A DNA stretch of 64,000 bases from Vitrella brassicaformis CCMP3155 (GCA_001179505.1 CDMY01000227.1:1-64000), one strand, 5' to 3'. Shown: positions 35,579 to 49,614, numbered from the stretch's first letter. Notes: generated from the sequence alone by a model not told the origin. Made by a program: numbers and translations.

Positions 35579-37000
35579 AAGAAGTCGATATCAATGAGTT
35601 TGATGGCATCGTTATGGCACACTAAAACATTGTTGGCCTGGAGGCAACAGCACACCCGCGCAACGCACATATAAGAATGGTGTGCCTGTGTGGGTCTCCG
35701 TGTGTGTGGTCGGGCATTCTGTGTCTGCCGCGCGGACCTTGATGTCATTATAGGCGAGGCCGCGGGCGTGGATGAAGGCCAAGGCGGTGAAGATGCCGTT
35801 GAAAAGGGTCTTCATCTGCGCCTCGCTCACCACGCCCGACAACTCACACAACTCTCGGCCTGCACACAAAGAACCAACACACACACATGACGACAGGTGC
35901 AGTGGTACCCTCTCCATCTCCCTTTCTCTGTGTGTGCGTGTGTGTGTCTTGGCTGACCCTCTATATACTCCATGATCTGCACCGTCCGCCCGGTAGTGTT
36001 GAATGAGTCGTAATAGCGGACGATATTCGGGCAACTATCCAGACCCCCCGCCCTATACAGCCCATAGGAATCCCCCATGCAGTATATCTGCAGTGAGGTA
36101 ACGGACAGACAGAGATCACACACACACAGACGAGATGAGTGTATTCATTCAGGTGAGGTCGACTTGATCCATTTGTCAATCCTCAAATCCTTACCCCGCC
36201 CGGCGAGTACTCCTGTTTGAGTACCTTGGCGATATGCCGCCCGCCCGCCTCCCGCCACAGAGTCCCCTGCCCGCCCTTGGCGAAGGGCTTGCCCTCCAGC
36301 ACACGCACCCCCGCCCTCCTCCACACCTCCCCCTGCACAGGCAGACAGCAACCACCACACAGACACACAGACGTATCCATCTACCAGTGCATGCAGATGC
36401 AGGGTCCATCTCTGACCTTGAGCTGCTGCGCCTCCCGCTGCTGCTTGGCGCACTCCTGCTGGGTGCGCTTGACGGCCTTTTACGGACACACATCATACCA
36501 AAGTCGTGTGCGTTTCCCCTTTCTTTCCAGCTGAGCTCTGTGCACTCATTAACTCTTTCATACGCACGTACCTGTGCCGCCTGCTGCCAGAACTGCCGCT
36601 GCTGGCGCTCTATGGCCTCGATGGCCTCCAACTCGCGCGCGGCCGCCTGCTGCGCCTGCTGCACCTGTTGCGCCTGCTGCACACAAACCAAGGACCCAAA
36701 GAACACATTTGATGTCCGTATGCGTCGTGTGGCGCCGTGCATCCCATTCAACACGACCATGCATCCCTGAGGCTCCCTCTAGGCTACCTCTGCTGCTGCG
36801 GCGTCCTTGGCCGTACGGCCTCCAAAGCGGCGTCACCCGGTCACGCGTGTCATCGGCATCTTTCTGAATCGCCCGAAGAGGGACGCCCGCGCCCATCACC
36901 GCCACTTCTGCGGACACCTTGGGCTGCAGGGAAAAGAAGGACAAGCCGTTGAAAACAGGGAGTATGACACCATCACACCATAGGTATGACACGCAGGAAG
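35579..37000 (-). pseudogene. Divergent protein kinase truncated at the DFG-equivalent motif
   Basis: PFAKGGQGTLW (Gly loop), IAKV, NIVRYYDSF, QIMEYIEG, LAFIHARGLAYNDIK-ANNVLV, IKLIDIDF. The frame then enters paralog B sequence and stops. No APE or subdomains IX-XI. Confidence 0.75.
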
Positions 37001-38285
37001 AAGTGCTCACCTGACAAAATGAAATGCGTGGCGCACTGCCCTGCTGCCAGGCGGACGACAGGCAGTTGTCGCCAGCCGCTCTGCAGAAGGCAGGTCGCCA
37101 CCTGCCGTGTCACGGAGGTTGATCAAAAACGTGGCGGCGGCGTCCGGACGAAAGAGGAGGCATGGGAGGGGGCGGGGTGGGCCACACAAGCCAACTACCA
37201 GCCCAAACGGAAAAGAAACGGAGGAGATGTGGCTGACAAAAGGCAGGAGAGCTGAAAATGGTCAAAGTACAGAGAGAAACGAAGAAAAAACAAAAGGGAC
37301 GGAACGGAGCGTCTCGGCGAGAATTCGTCGAGATGCGAGCTTTGGCTAGGATCGCTTAAGGGGCACCCCGCCTCATCCATCTCTTTCTTCTCCCCCCGCC
37401 AATTGCGAGCTGCCTCATGCCCAGTGCCGTCCTTGCAGCTGCTGCCGATGAATCCAATCGCCTGTCCAGCACTCTCAGGACGAAGGTGGTGAGAAGGCGG
37501 TGACTTGCACTCTCGATCCGGATGAACGACGGCAGCACGGTCGGCTAAGCTGCCATCGTCGTTGAGCGACAACAGCAGCGGAACTCGGATGAGGACGATG
37601 AATGCAGAGATCTCTGTGGCGACTTGCACAATGCAGGTAAGACTCACTGCCCTGTCTGCCTTGCCCCTCTGCGAAGGGCAACTCGCGATGATTTGGGGAA
37701 AAGCTGGATGGATGGACAGATGCGGACGGACCCAGAAGGCCAATCGATGAATGAATGCTCTTCAGAAATACCGAATCCGTCCGTCCAAACACTCACCCGC
37801 ACCGGTCTGTCTGAACAGCACCCACGCACATGGTATGGTCAGTCAGCCCCCGCCATCTATTCACACCCACCCACAAACTCACATACTCACACCCTCCGCC
37901 CACCCTCTCTGACCTTATGTTTGTGTGTCTGTGTGAGTGGGTGGGTGTTTGAAGTGCAAGCAGACCAGCCGGCCAGCCAGATAGAGGGAAGCAACGGGTG
38001 GTGTGTGAGTGAGTCAGGTACATGTCATGTATGTCAGCTCCACACGCCCCTCTGCCCCGCACTCATGAAAGCTACCGCCCGTCCACACACCTTCATCAAC
38101 GTCCATCCATCCACCCACCCACCCATCCATTGTGATCGGCTTCTCCACCCTCTCGCAATGGCAGCCAGAGAGAATGCAGCCAGACAGCCAGCCAGATAGA
38201 ACGGCACTCCGAAGAGCACACACCCAGCCGTACATCCATCCGTGTGTCAGTCAGCTACACCCAGCTACACCCAGGCATCCGCTCA

Positions 38286-41275
38286 TCATGCACGAAGCCC
38301 GCCCAGCCGGCACCATTTATCCAGCGCATACGACCTGGGTCGTCTGCTGGCTCTGGTCAGAGCCAGCAGTCGCAGACGCCTCCGGGATTCGATATTGATG
38401 CACCGTATCAGGCGCCTTTCCCACTCCTTGTCTAGGTGGGGCGACACGCAACGGGGGAAGTGGAGGCCGGCATGGGCCAAAACGGCCTCAGAGAGCGACA
38501 CAGTGTCATCCATCGACACGCGGGGCGCGTAAACGGCAGATGGAGAGAGATCACTCACGTGCTCAGACAGGCAGTGAGGGAAGAGGCAGCCAAACACGCG
38601 ACACAACTCGACAGTGTCCCGGTTGGTCTGCACAGCCAAAAAGCCGCGCGACAGCAGCTGGCTCTGGACTAAGGGTGTGTCGCTTCCTAGCTGATCGACA
38701 GAGTAGGAAGCGAGTGTGTAGTCGAGAGCGATCGAGTTGAGGAGGGGGCACTTGCCGATGGCCTGCAGGCACACCGGAAGAACCCCCGGCTCTCCCTCGC
38801 TGCCTACCGCTGTCTCTTTTGCTTCCTTCTGGCTATTCTTCTTAACCTCGACGCGAATTCTTCTTAACACCGCCAAGCCCCCCGACTCGTCCTCCTCGCT
38901 CGCATCTACACTTATCTTTCGGACCCTCCCCTCCATGCCTCTCTGACGCCCATCGCTACTGCTCCCAGCCTCGCCCCCGCCCCCGCCCTCCCACAGAGAC
39001 CATACGCCCGTGTCGAAACACACGTTGGAGCCCCAGGCATACTTAGCTTTCACGTGCAGCAGGGGGCCTGACTTGTTGCACACACCGAGGCAGCAGCGAG
39101 GGAAGAAAAAGGGCGCAGGCACAGCACCCTCTCTCTTGAAGTGCACCTCTCTCAGCGACTTGAGAGTGGTGGCCTTGCTCACTGCCTCCTCCCTCTGTCT
39201 GCCCCAGGTCGATAGTGGTCACATTGGGGAAAATGCTATCGGACAGGCCCGACAGCAGAGGGTCAGGCAGAGGGTCAGAGCTAAGACCTACACTGCTCAG
39301 CTGCAGGCTCTCGGTCTTGGAAAAGACCAGCTGAGGGAGGCTATGCAGCACAACGCGTGGCACTGCCCGCCACCGAGCTAGCCCAGACGGAAACACGACA
39401 GTCTTGACGGCGGCTGCAAGGTTGATGAGTATGTCGGACCATGACGGGTGGGCCTCCAGGTACCGCAGCTCGCGCATGACGTCGAAGCGGACGTTGGCTC
39501 TGCACGTGAAGTTGATGGTGCCGTTGGGCGCCATGCACACAGCTCGAAACGCATCCAAACTCTGACAGCCGACACACGAGAGGCACCATCCCATCCATCA
39601 TACCATCAGTTGAGCCTCCCACTCCCTCTCTCACGCACCTCGAGCTCAGTCTCGTATATATAAATGACGATAGTGTGGAACTCCTCCAGCTGCAGCCCGC
39701 TCACGGCGATCTTCTGTCGGCCCATCTCGTGCCCCCAGACGCCGCTGAGCCGCCTACACACACACACAACACACACACACACACGCACGTACACAGGAAG
39801 CATAAACAGGAGGCCGGCCAGGATGTGGTCTCTGTCCCCCCTCCTCTCACTTGACGGACGGTTTCAGCAGGTTCTGGAGATTGCGAAGGTGCCAGCCGTG
39901 CCACCGCAGCTCGAGGGTCAGGTTGTGTGGCCCGGGGCCCGCCAGCCACGCCGTGCACGCAGCGCCGCCGTTGCCCGAACACATCCGTTCAAAAACCGAG
40001 CGGACGGACGGGTCGGCGTTCATGTCACGGAGATGCACGTCAACCAGCGACCTGTTATGACAGCCAACCATCACACAACTAATTCAAACCAACCCGGCCA
40101 TCCCGACTCCCTCCCTCGTCTACATACGTTGGCTTCCACCGTCGTCTGTTGGCAACGCAGATCCACCACCCCGCCACCTCGACACGCGTCAGCTTGGGGA
40201 AGACCAGCTCGTCTCCCCCCTCTCGCTGCTTCGGCTTCGTGGCCCTGCCTGCGTCCTGCGCATCTGACCACGCGTGCAGCTGCTCCAAGGTGCTGCTGGC
40301 GTGCTCCAGAAGCGTCAACACCCCCCGGCCGGGAAGACACACCATGGTGGCCTTCTTGGTCTGGCTGCATGCCGGCCCCCACGCCGACACCTGCCACTCG
40401 GTCATCTCCACCTCGCTGTTGAAGTCCTTGCCCAGGCGCAGCGTCTCGTGCATGGCGGGCTTGCGTGAGGCGGTGTGGAGGTATGGGTGTGTGAGGGCCA
40501 GACGAGTGATGATGTCTTTGGTGTCGAGGAAGGGGCCGATGTGGCGCGTGAAGCATGACTCGGGCAGCGTCACGAGGGGCGATACGAACAAAGCCTGATG
40601 CACACACCCGCATACACAAGAAGACCGTCAATGTGTGTGATGTGTTGTCAGCTCCAAGCGTCAAAGTGTGTTGGTACCGGTTGCTCTATCATGGCGGTGA
40701 TGAGGTCGCATTTGGCGTTGGCCAGCTGGACCGCCGAGAACATCTGGAATGGATCAGTGCTCTCCTTGTGCGTCATCATGACACTGATCGCCCTCACGAG
40801 ACCCAACAGCACCGCACGCTGAGCACCAACACGCTGATAGGACAAAATAGCCCGCAGCAACCACAATTCTTTGCCATTGTGTGTCACGGTTGGTGTGTGG
40901 TCTCACCTCTGACGCGCTGCCTTGGGCCTGCGACGAGCTAGCTGCCGCACAACACAGCTGAAGTACCTCCTGAACCTAGATGTAGGTATCAACACACACA
41001 CACACCAGCATCGAGGAAGCAAGAATGGATGGATGGATGGATGGGTGTCCATGCGCTGCATTGCATGTCGTGTGTGTGTTTTGAGTCACCCTGTGATGTA
41101 GCTCGTGGATGCTTTCGTTCAACGGATACATCAGGGGGCGTACACTGCGTAGTATCTGTTCGAAGTCCTGTGGCTGCTGCTCGTAGAGATACTCATCCAG
41201 CTCGGAGAGGCTCCGGTCCTCCAGGCTGAGCGGAGAGGAATCACTATCGAGGCCGACCGGATGCGATGGCTGCAC
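38286..41275 (-). CDS. Lineage-specific protein with F-box-like motif; start not resolved
   Basis: SPLVTLPESCFTRHIGPFLDTKDIITRLALTHPYLHTA resembles an F-box pattern. Several phase-compatible exons run to a long final ORF ending at 38286. The exon at 41275 follows a TAG acceptor. Confidence 0.5.
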
Positions 41276-41322
41276 CTACCAAGAACACGACACATCAGCT
41301 TCGCACAGAACGTCGGCGTCGC

Positions 41323-42321
41323 ATGCAGGAGTCGTTGTGGCTCACCTTGGATGGGTCGGCTTGGGTTTTCTTACTCATGGCTCGTGCGGACAGAGGAGCA
41401 CGTGCGTCTGGAAAAGGAAGTGTGCGTCCCGGCTCGCAGACATTCCGTGAAACCCTCACCCTCGGCATCACTTTCCCTCTCGCCAGCCTCGCACCGTCAT
41501 GCACGTGTGGAGCAAGCATCGACACCCTGGGCGACCACTTCTTCCTCTGCAGCCGCGCGACGGCGGAGCGCGTGTTCAAGCACAACACCCTGCTGGACGT
41601 CTTTAAGGCAATCCTTGCGGAGGTGGGCATCACGGCTGTCACCGAAGTGCCCCTGCGGTCTCTCGACATCACCCCCCCAAACGCCCAGCCCAACAGTCAG
41701 CGCATGGACCTCTTCTTCTCCATCAACGGCGAAGGTGTCCTGTGCGACGTCACGGTGGTCCATCCGTGTCGGCCCGAGAACTCAACCGCCCACTACACCC
41801 AGGTCAACCGCAGCAACGCACGTCGTCAGGGCGGTTTTGCAGCTGCAGGGGCGGAGCGCGACAAAGATCGCAAGTACGGTGCCAACTGTCTTCAGAAAGG
41901 CTACACCTTCGTGCCCCTAGCAGCGGAGACGTTCGGCCGTTGGGGTGGCGAGACCCTCACTCTGCTTCGCCGTCTGGCGCAGCGGCGCGTCCCCCCACCG
42001 GCCAGCTCTGCAGAAGACCGTGCATTTTTTCATGAGGGTGTCATGAACCATTGGGGGCAGTCTTTGTCGGTCGCGCTGATGCGCTGGAATGCTTTTCAAG
42101 TGTCCTGCCGCGCTCATCATGCGGCCGATGCTCGGACACAGCAGCGGGCGGGTCTGTTTCCTGAGGACCTCATCTCTCGAGGGCCCTACAGGGCACAAAC
42201 CCGCACGTTTGCCAGGACCGGCCGTGAGGGATTGATTTGGGGACGTGTTGTTATGGGTCGGTCTTGCGTTGCAGAGTGGTTTGGTAGGGCATGTGATGGT
42301 CGCTTGTGTGATTGCGTTTGA
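41323..42321 (+). mobile_element. CRE/R2-superfamily non-LTR retrotransposon 3' fragment (zinc knuckle plus restriction-like endonuclease)
   Basis: Intronless ORF with CTCGASIDTLGDHFFLC, RVFKHN, TEVP, RMDL, LCDVTVVHP, AERDKDRKY and FVPLAAETFGRWG. No RT domain nearby. Confidence 0.85.
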
Positions 42322-42736
42322 TGGGCTGTTCGGTTTATATCAGAGTGCTGCTATCATCCATGCCGTATGGTGCGCATGTGTTTCTGCGATTGCTTGTGTC
42401 TTTGCGTGAGCAAATCCATACCGACTCCAGATCAGACGTGCTGGTCGCCCATGCTTCCGTGTAAACGATCAAAACTTTTTCCGTGAAACCGCTCTCTCTT
42501 GCGAGAGCTGCGACGAAGCCAAAATTGGGTGTGGTGCGTCCAAGGCCGCCCCTGTGTCCAAGGCGCCGCAGATTTTAGCAAAGCCAGCCCATCAACCGGC
42601 AGTCGAGCGACCTTCTGATCGGGAGGAGCAGCAGTGGTCACCTGCCTTCCCGCGAGGAGCAGAACGGGCGGAGGAGGAGCCTCAGGTGCGGCGACCGGCC
42701 TTCGAGAGTGTCGAGATCCATTCGCACAAGCCACCC

Positions 42737-44555
42737 ATGGCGAACAAGGGCGGCGAGGCCTCAGGGCTGCAAGTGTAAGGATGCACACACATGGACAAGG
42801 GCGTGGCAGATCAGCACGATACGATGCGCGCGGGCGGATGCGCCTCACGCTTCCGAACACAAAGGCTGGCCTGCTGTGGTCGGTTGGTACATGTGTGTGT
42901 TGTCCATCCATCCTCCAGATATCTGCATCCGTTGGTGGCCATCAACGTGTCGGACCACTACACGCGTCATAAGTGCGACGGCCGCAGCGGCCGCATCTGC
43001 GGCGCACTCATGGGCACCATCCAGGGCCGCCGTGTCGACATCCACACGTCCTTTGAGTTCAGCTGCGACCTTGTCGACGGGCTCATGGTGGTCAACGACG
43101 ACTTCTTCAACACACGACTCAGCCAGTACGGCGAGGTCTTCCCCAGCTACGAGTTTCTGGGATGGTACTCGGTTGGCAAGGAGCCCAACGAACAAGACCT
43201 GCACCTGCTGCGAAAGGTATGTGTGTCGAGCGAAGTGTGTGTGTGTGTGTGTGTGGAGGTGTCACGATGTGTGTGTGGTGTGTGGGCAGTTTGAGCAGCT
43301 GAACGAGAGTCCGTATTTTCTGTTGCTGGACCCTGCGGTGACTCCGGCCCAGCAGCACTTCCCGGTGTCGCTGTACGAGCGCGTGGTGCATGTCGTCGAC
43401 CAGAAGAACGAGTCGGGACTCAACAAAGTGTCGTACCAGATAGCCCATGTGAGTGAGTCAGCGAGGCAGACACGACACGACACACGGGCGGCATGGTTTA
43501 TGCCGACCTTCTGGTATCTCTGTCTGCCTTTGGTCTGTGGTTTTCTGTGGTCAGTTGGAGGCTGAGCGCATAGCAGTGGATCACGTGACCAAGGCTGCCG
43601 CCCACACCACCGGCAATAGCGAGTGTAAGCACAGAGGGGACGGATGGATGGCCGGGCAGAGCGACGTGATGTGGTTGTGTATGGGCGGCCTGGGCTGCAT
43701 TGCTGTCGTGTCGATGCGTTCGTTTCATTCAGATGCGATTCATCTGAGCAAGCTGTCGAGCGCCGTGTCGATGCTCAACACACGGTAAGTAAGTGGTTGG
43801 CTACACGCACACATCACATCACATCGTGTGCAATGAATGCACTCTGCTTGCCCTTGGTTGTCAGAGTGCACGCCCTGCAGAAGTACCTGATCGCCGTCAA
43901 GAAAGGTGGGAGGGGGAGGCACCCGCTCCTGCACACACACATCCATTGACTGCATCTCCCGTCCCGTCGTGCATTGCTCTACCCACTGTGTATGACTCTC
44001 TCAGGGGAGATTCCCGCCAACCACGCCATCCTCAGAAGCCTGCTGTCGGTAATCATCCCGACATGACATGCGGGCGCGCTTTGGCAGCACACACAGGCAC
44101 CTGTCTGTCCATGGGCGGCTTGCCTTGCATGCGTGTTTGTGTCCACAGGTGTGCCGTTCGCTCCAGGCGACCCAGGACGAGGCATTCCAGAAGGAATACT
44201 TCGACGTACGTGAGATCACACAGACAGACAGACAGACAGGGACGGATGTGGTGTGTTTATCCGTGTGTGGATGTGGTGTGTTCAGGAGTACAACGACAGT
44301 GCGTTGGTTGTGTATCTGAGCGTCCTGACCAAGACGGCGGGACAGATCAACGACGTACTCGACAAGGTCGGAATGTCAGTCACGCAGGACCAACGCCACC
44401 GATGCGTTTACGTATGTGTACGCCACCCTCTCTCTCGTGTGTTGTGCCATCTCGCCCTCCCTCCCTCCCTCCTTCCCTCCCTCCCTCCCTCCCTCCCTCA
44501 GTTTCAGCTTGCCTTCGACAGTCGGCGTACGAAGCCGCAGCGATACTACCACTGA
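42737..44555 (+). CDS. CSN6: COP9 signalosome subunit 6 (MPN- domain)
   Basis: YLHPLVAINVSDHYTR, CGALMG, VDIHTSFE, QYGEVFPSYEFLGWYS, NESPYFLLLDP, EAERIAVDHV and EYNDSALVVYL. Confidence 0.9.
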
Positions 44556-44898
44556 TGACCGAAGAAAGGAACAAATGGCTGCATATGTAGTCGAACGCTG
44601 TTGATGTGTGCGCCTGTGGCATTTATATAGCTGCCTGCCTATGGGAATGGGTCATGATGTGGGTACCTGGGTGTTCGGATGTGACGTGCGTGCACGTGTA
44701 CCCAGTCAGTCAGTCAGTCAGACTATCAGAGAGACCTTACCCTTCTCACATAGGATCACATGAAATCAATTGCCTGCAGCACGCGAGAGCTGCCCTGGCC
44801 TTTCGGAATCAGATGGACGGCAGATCTGCCGCGTCTCGTCCGCCCCCCCTCGGTCCCCATCAAGCGCGCAGACTGCACAGAAGATCGGAACTGGAACG

Positions 44899-47211
44899 AT
44901 GCAGCCGTCTTCCGGAGCTCTCAAGCGTGGGTCTGGTGGGGATGACGGAGGGATGAACCAGCCACTGAGCCGTCCTGCCGCCCGCAGTGGCCCTCGTGCC
45001 ACATTCGCAGCTCCAGTCATCGACTCGGGACTTTCCCAGGACTCGTTGGACAGCCGCCATTCCGAGCCGGGCGAATCGCCGACAAACCAGCAGAGACTGC
45101 GCTCACAACTCGGTAAGGAGGCAGCCATTGGGAGAGATCGTCTCCCCTCATTCGATGCCTGCATCTGTTCAGACAAGGCCGCCGAATTGGGGCTGTCGCT
45201 GCTCAGCGAGAAGGAGAGTCTGCAGGCCCGTGTGGTCGAGCTTGAGACAGCCCTGAGAAAGGCTTCGGTCCGCGGCAGCGAGGGCCACAACGTCTCGTTC
45301 TCACCGCAGTGCCTACAGCAACTCCGAAGTGGCTCTTCTCTCTTGTCTTCCGAGGACTCTCATGCCAGTGAGCGCCCCGCATCGGCTCCCTGCCGCTCGT
45401 CTGTGTCCCGCCGGGGTGTCTCTGGCTCTCTCGTCCCGTCATCACCGCAGCAGCTGCCATCGCGCCACTCGCAGCACCGGCAGACCATCAGTGGGCTGCC
45501 ATCTTTGCTCCGCACGGCAGGCGACGCATGCAGCGACGACAGTTCGTCAGACACGTCCCCTGCGATGCGTTCGGTGCGGTCATCGATCCGCATGCGTCGC
45601 CTGCCGACGTGGAAGGAGGCCATGATAGACGAGATGCAGGAGGAGATCCAGGAGCTGCAGGTCACCAAGAACGAAGCCGATGAGCTCAAGCAGAAAGTGG
45701 CCGAGCTGCAGAGACAGAAGTCGGCGCTCGCGAGGGATCTTGAGGCGAGGGAGACGGAGCTGCACGATTCCAGGACCGCGCTTGAGGATGCCCAGCAGAA
45801 TGACAAGAAGAGACAGAAGGAAATGATGGTGCTCAGAGCTTCCCTGCGGGTCAAGCGGGGCAGGACGTCGGAGGAGGAGTCCGTCTTGGAACAGCAGGCG
45901 GCGAATGCTTGTGAAATGGACAGGTCAGTCGGACGATCGATCGACCTTACGGACAGACATCGTACGTAATCCATCGTTCTTCTCTTTGTGTGCAGCTTAC
46001 GTCGCGAGAAGGAGCAGCTAGAAGAGGACAACCAAAGGCTCGCCCACCAGCTCACAGTCATGCAGCAAGCTCGTGGGGCGCATCGGAGGTCATCAACTGT
46101 CGCAAACTCGGCAGACAGCTACAGACCCCTTTGTCTCGCGGCGAAGTATGCCAACCGGTGGCTCCGCAACAGCCAGAGGAGACGGCACGCCGAGGCGTTT
46201 GACGCGTCCACCCAGATGGACGCTGATTGGGGTGAGAGCGCCTCACCTCTCGCATCCACACAGCACGTGTCTCTGTTTGAAGAGCTGATGGTGCCGGGCG
46301 GGCCGTCGGCGGGCCCTGATACAGTCATGACATCGACCTTCCATGCAGCCAAGGTGGAGCAAGACGTGCAGACACTGCTGGACGGAGAGGGCATCACCTC
46401 GATGGAAGAGGCCCTTTCGCTCCTGAGCAGCCAGCTGGAGACCGAGATGGTCGACCGTGCGCAGTCTGAACGGGAAAACGAAGAGCTCTTGGGGCTTTAT
46501 GGCAGGCATCTCGGTCTCACAAGGCAGCAGCTGGAAGCTCTGCAGCAGAGAGTTCGCGACACCCTCCTTCTGCACCGAGACGAGGGGGGCACCGCATCTC
46601 GAGTCTCTGCCAGCCTGGTGGAGTGCAGGGGCCATACCGATGCGATCAAGGAGGCGGAGAATGACAGCTCCACAGCTATCAAGGCCATGCAGAGAGACTA
46701 CGACGTGCTGCGCCGCTGCCTGCGCCGAAGCCACGACGAGCAGGCGAGGCTGAGACGTGACCTGGACCATGCGACGGAGCACAGGCAGCTCCTGGCTGAC
46801 AAAGTGGCGAGAATGGAGAGCCGCATTCGGGAGTACCTGGGGATCATCACCGAGATGGAGAGGAAGGCCGACAGGGCGGAGGAGACGGCTGCTGGCAAGG
46901 GCAGGGAGCTGGCGTCGCTGCAGGAGCGGCATGAAAAACTGACGAGCCTCTCGCAGCACCAGTCGCTGGAGCTCATGTTCACGAGAGACAACCTCACAAA
47001 GGCCCAGGGAATCATAGCCCACCAGGCTAACTTTGTGAGGCGGGGCTTGAGGCACACGCCAGCTGAGGTACAGAACGACATTATTCGTCGGCAGATGATG
47101 CGGCAGCAAGCGAAAGATGGGCTGAAAGGCGACAAACTGAACAGGCAGTGGGATGATCGTGTGGCAGCAGCTGTAGGGAAGAGGAAAGGGCCCGAAGAGG
47201 CCAACGACTGA
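44899..47211 (+). CDS. Two-exon coiled-coil hypothetical protein
   Basis: Two long ORFs (44770-45969 and 45988-47211) joined by a short intron, with heptad-rich stretches such as ELKQKVAELQRQKSALARDLEARE. Confidence 0.7.
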
Positions 47212-48676
47212 CAATGCAGTTAGTTGTGGGGTGTATGTCTTGCAGTGAGAGGGCGTGAGGGATTTAAGGCAGGTGGCTTTGGTCCTCTGGTCTCTTTGCT
47301 AATTATCAGTTGATCGACAGGCACACACGCATGGCATGGACGAGTATGTAAAAGGGTCCGACCATCAACCATTCCTTCATGCAGCAGCCAGTGGGCATCC
47401 ACACACTCAGCAAGCACAAATCCGTCACACGGCAGGAGGGGAAAGAGTAGAGACGAGTAGAGACGAGACAGGGCGAGCCGACAAGCGGCCACACACGCAC
47501 GAGAGGGATTGAGGTGGGTATGTATGCCCGTGGGCAGACACGCAGACAGACAAGGGAGCGACTGAGTGACACAAACAAGGCACATACCCACATACACACC
47601 ACCCTTGGTGCGGCCAGCCGCTTCAAAACTGCTCTCATGTCCCGTCAATAGAAAGACCCCTGGGCCCCTCCCCTCCCCTCTAGGTAGATACGAAACCAAT
47701 ACAAACAAAGAGAACAAACCAGCCTACAATCATTGAAGAAACACCCAGGCAGGCCAGCGTAGCGCAGCGTGCAAGCCATCGGCAGAAGCCGAGGCGGACA
47801 GGCGTTCAAAACATCCATCGCACGCAGCCGCCCTCTCGCTGGCAGGTGGCTTGCTAGCTAGCTAGCTGGCTAGACACATGCATGGCTCATCCATCTCCTA
47901 TTATACCCACCACCACCACCATCCATCCATCAAGCGCCAGCTGGAGAGGAAGAGCATTGAAACAAACAATCTACGCGTGTGGTGATCCCTCTCTTTGGTG
48001 GGTGGGTGCGATAACTTGTTCATGGGTGTGGTGCGGTGCGGTGCGTGTGTGCGTGGGCGGGTGGTGGGTGGGGTGGGTGCGTCTGTGGGTCCCAAAAGAA
48101 GCTATCGACAGGCAAGGAAGGCAGTCAGTCAGTCAGTCAGCCCCACTGGCCGCTCCCCTATCGCACCCATTCTATGTGGCCGACGCACTCCTCTCTCGCA
48201 GATACATACGCATTCTTCCTTCCTTGCTCGCATTTTTACACCTCCCTCACGGCTGGCTGGCTGGCTGGCTGGCTGATTGATCGATCTAGCTAGGCAGACG
48301 ACATAGGCAGACAAACAGGCATACACGTATCGACAGAAGAAGATCTGTCCAGTCAGTCAGCAAGTCAGTCAGTCCCAACAGTCAGTCACAACACACACAG
48401 AGTTGTCGATCGTATGGATGGTGTGTGTCGTCAAAACAAACCGATAAGGCTACACGCAGCAACCAGCCACCCGTCCGTCCATCCATCCATCCATCCATCG
48501 CGCGTCCACTCCACCCCATCCCCGACATGGCTAGCTACACTCCGTCCGCCAGGTCGTTACGCAGACACACACACACAGGCCACACCACGCACACACTCCC
48601 CTCCCCCGTGTGTGCGTGTCGGTCCGTCTAGGGATGGATGGGGTGGGATGGGGTCGGTCACGAGTGAGTGAGTCGG

Positions 48677-49254
48677 TCACTTGCGTTTGAGTTCTGTGAC
48701 GACGTTGTCGTAAGCGAGTTCTGAGACGTCGTTGGCCTGGATCTCCTTGGCGAGTCCCTCGAGCTTCTTCTTGAGGATGTCCTTGGACGACGCGTACACC
48801 ATCTTGGGCTTCACCTTGGCCGTGTCCGGCGCCCAGAAGAAAAACACCAACTTGGACTGGGGCCGCCCGTCGTCAGTGTCGTACGGCACGTCTGAACAAA
48901 CCCAACGCCCACAACACACAGACAGACAGCAAACCAAGTCATGACAGCGACGCACACATTTCTCTCTCATAAGCCCACATGCATCTCTGCCCCTGCACTG
49001 CCTGTGTGTGCGTGTGTGTGCCCCGTCCCGCCCCGCCTGGAGTGCGTGCCGTGGTTACCGACGACAGCGTATCGTGGTTCCTCCTCCGGTAGCTCCTTGA
49101 GGAAGTCATCGTAGGTCTTGGACTTGTCGGCCTGCTTCTCGATCTCGATGGTCTTGTTGTCCTTGATGCTGTAGATGATGTACCGGTGGTTGTGCTTGAG
49201 CTTCATGTTGTTGTACGTCGTCACACAGTCGTCCACCGTCTGCACGCCCAACAT
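48677..49254 (-). CDS. ADF: Actin-depolymerizing factor / cofilin
   Basis: GVQTVDDCVTTYNNMK...HRYIIY, TYDDFLKELPEEEPRYAV-DVPY, KLVFFFWAPDTAKVKPKMVYASSKD. Confidence 0.95.
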
Positions 49255-49614
49255 GGCTGGCTGCTGATCAGATCAACACCACACGACTATAACACCGATG
49301 CGGACGCTCGATGGATGGGCACGCTCAGGGCACCTCAGGCAATGGACAAGACGGGGCGGCGGCGCTCAGGCTACGAGAGGACCGGCGCTTTGGCGGCTCG
49401 CAGAGATTTCAAGCGACTGCTCTACTCAGCGGCGAGGCGGTCAACTGCGCTGCAAAAGAGCCGCAACTCTTCACACTCTGCGATTGCGAGCTTGAAAAAC
49501 AGAGAAGCTCGCTCTTCGTCAGATTCGCGTTTTCGCCTCACTTCTTCCCCACAAGACTGGCTGCTGACTGCCAGAGGCGCCCTCGTTGTCTGCTTGTGAT
49601 TTGGTTGCACGACC

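Noticed and set aside
37195-37743. 182-aa minus-strand ORF
   Set aside because: No family features; the opposite strand looks like a frameshifted remnant.
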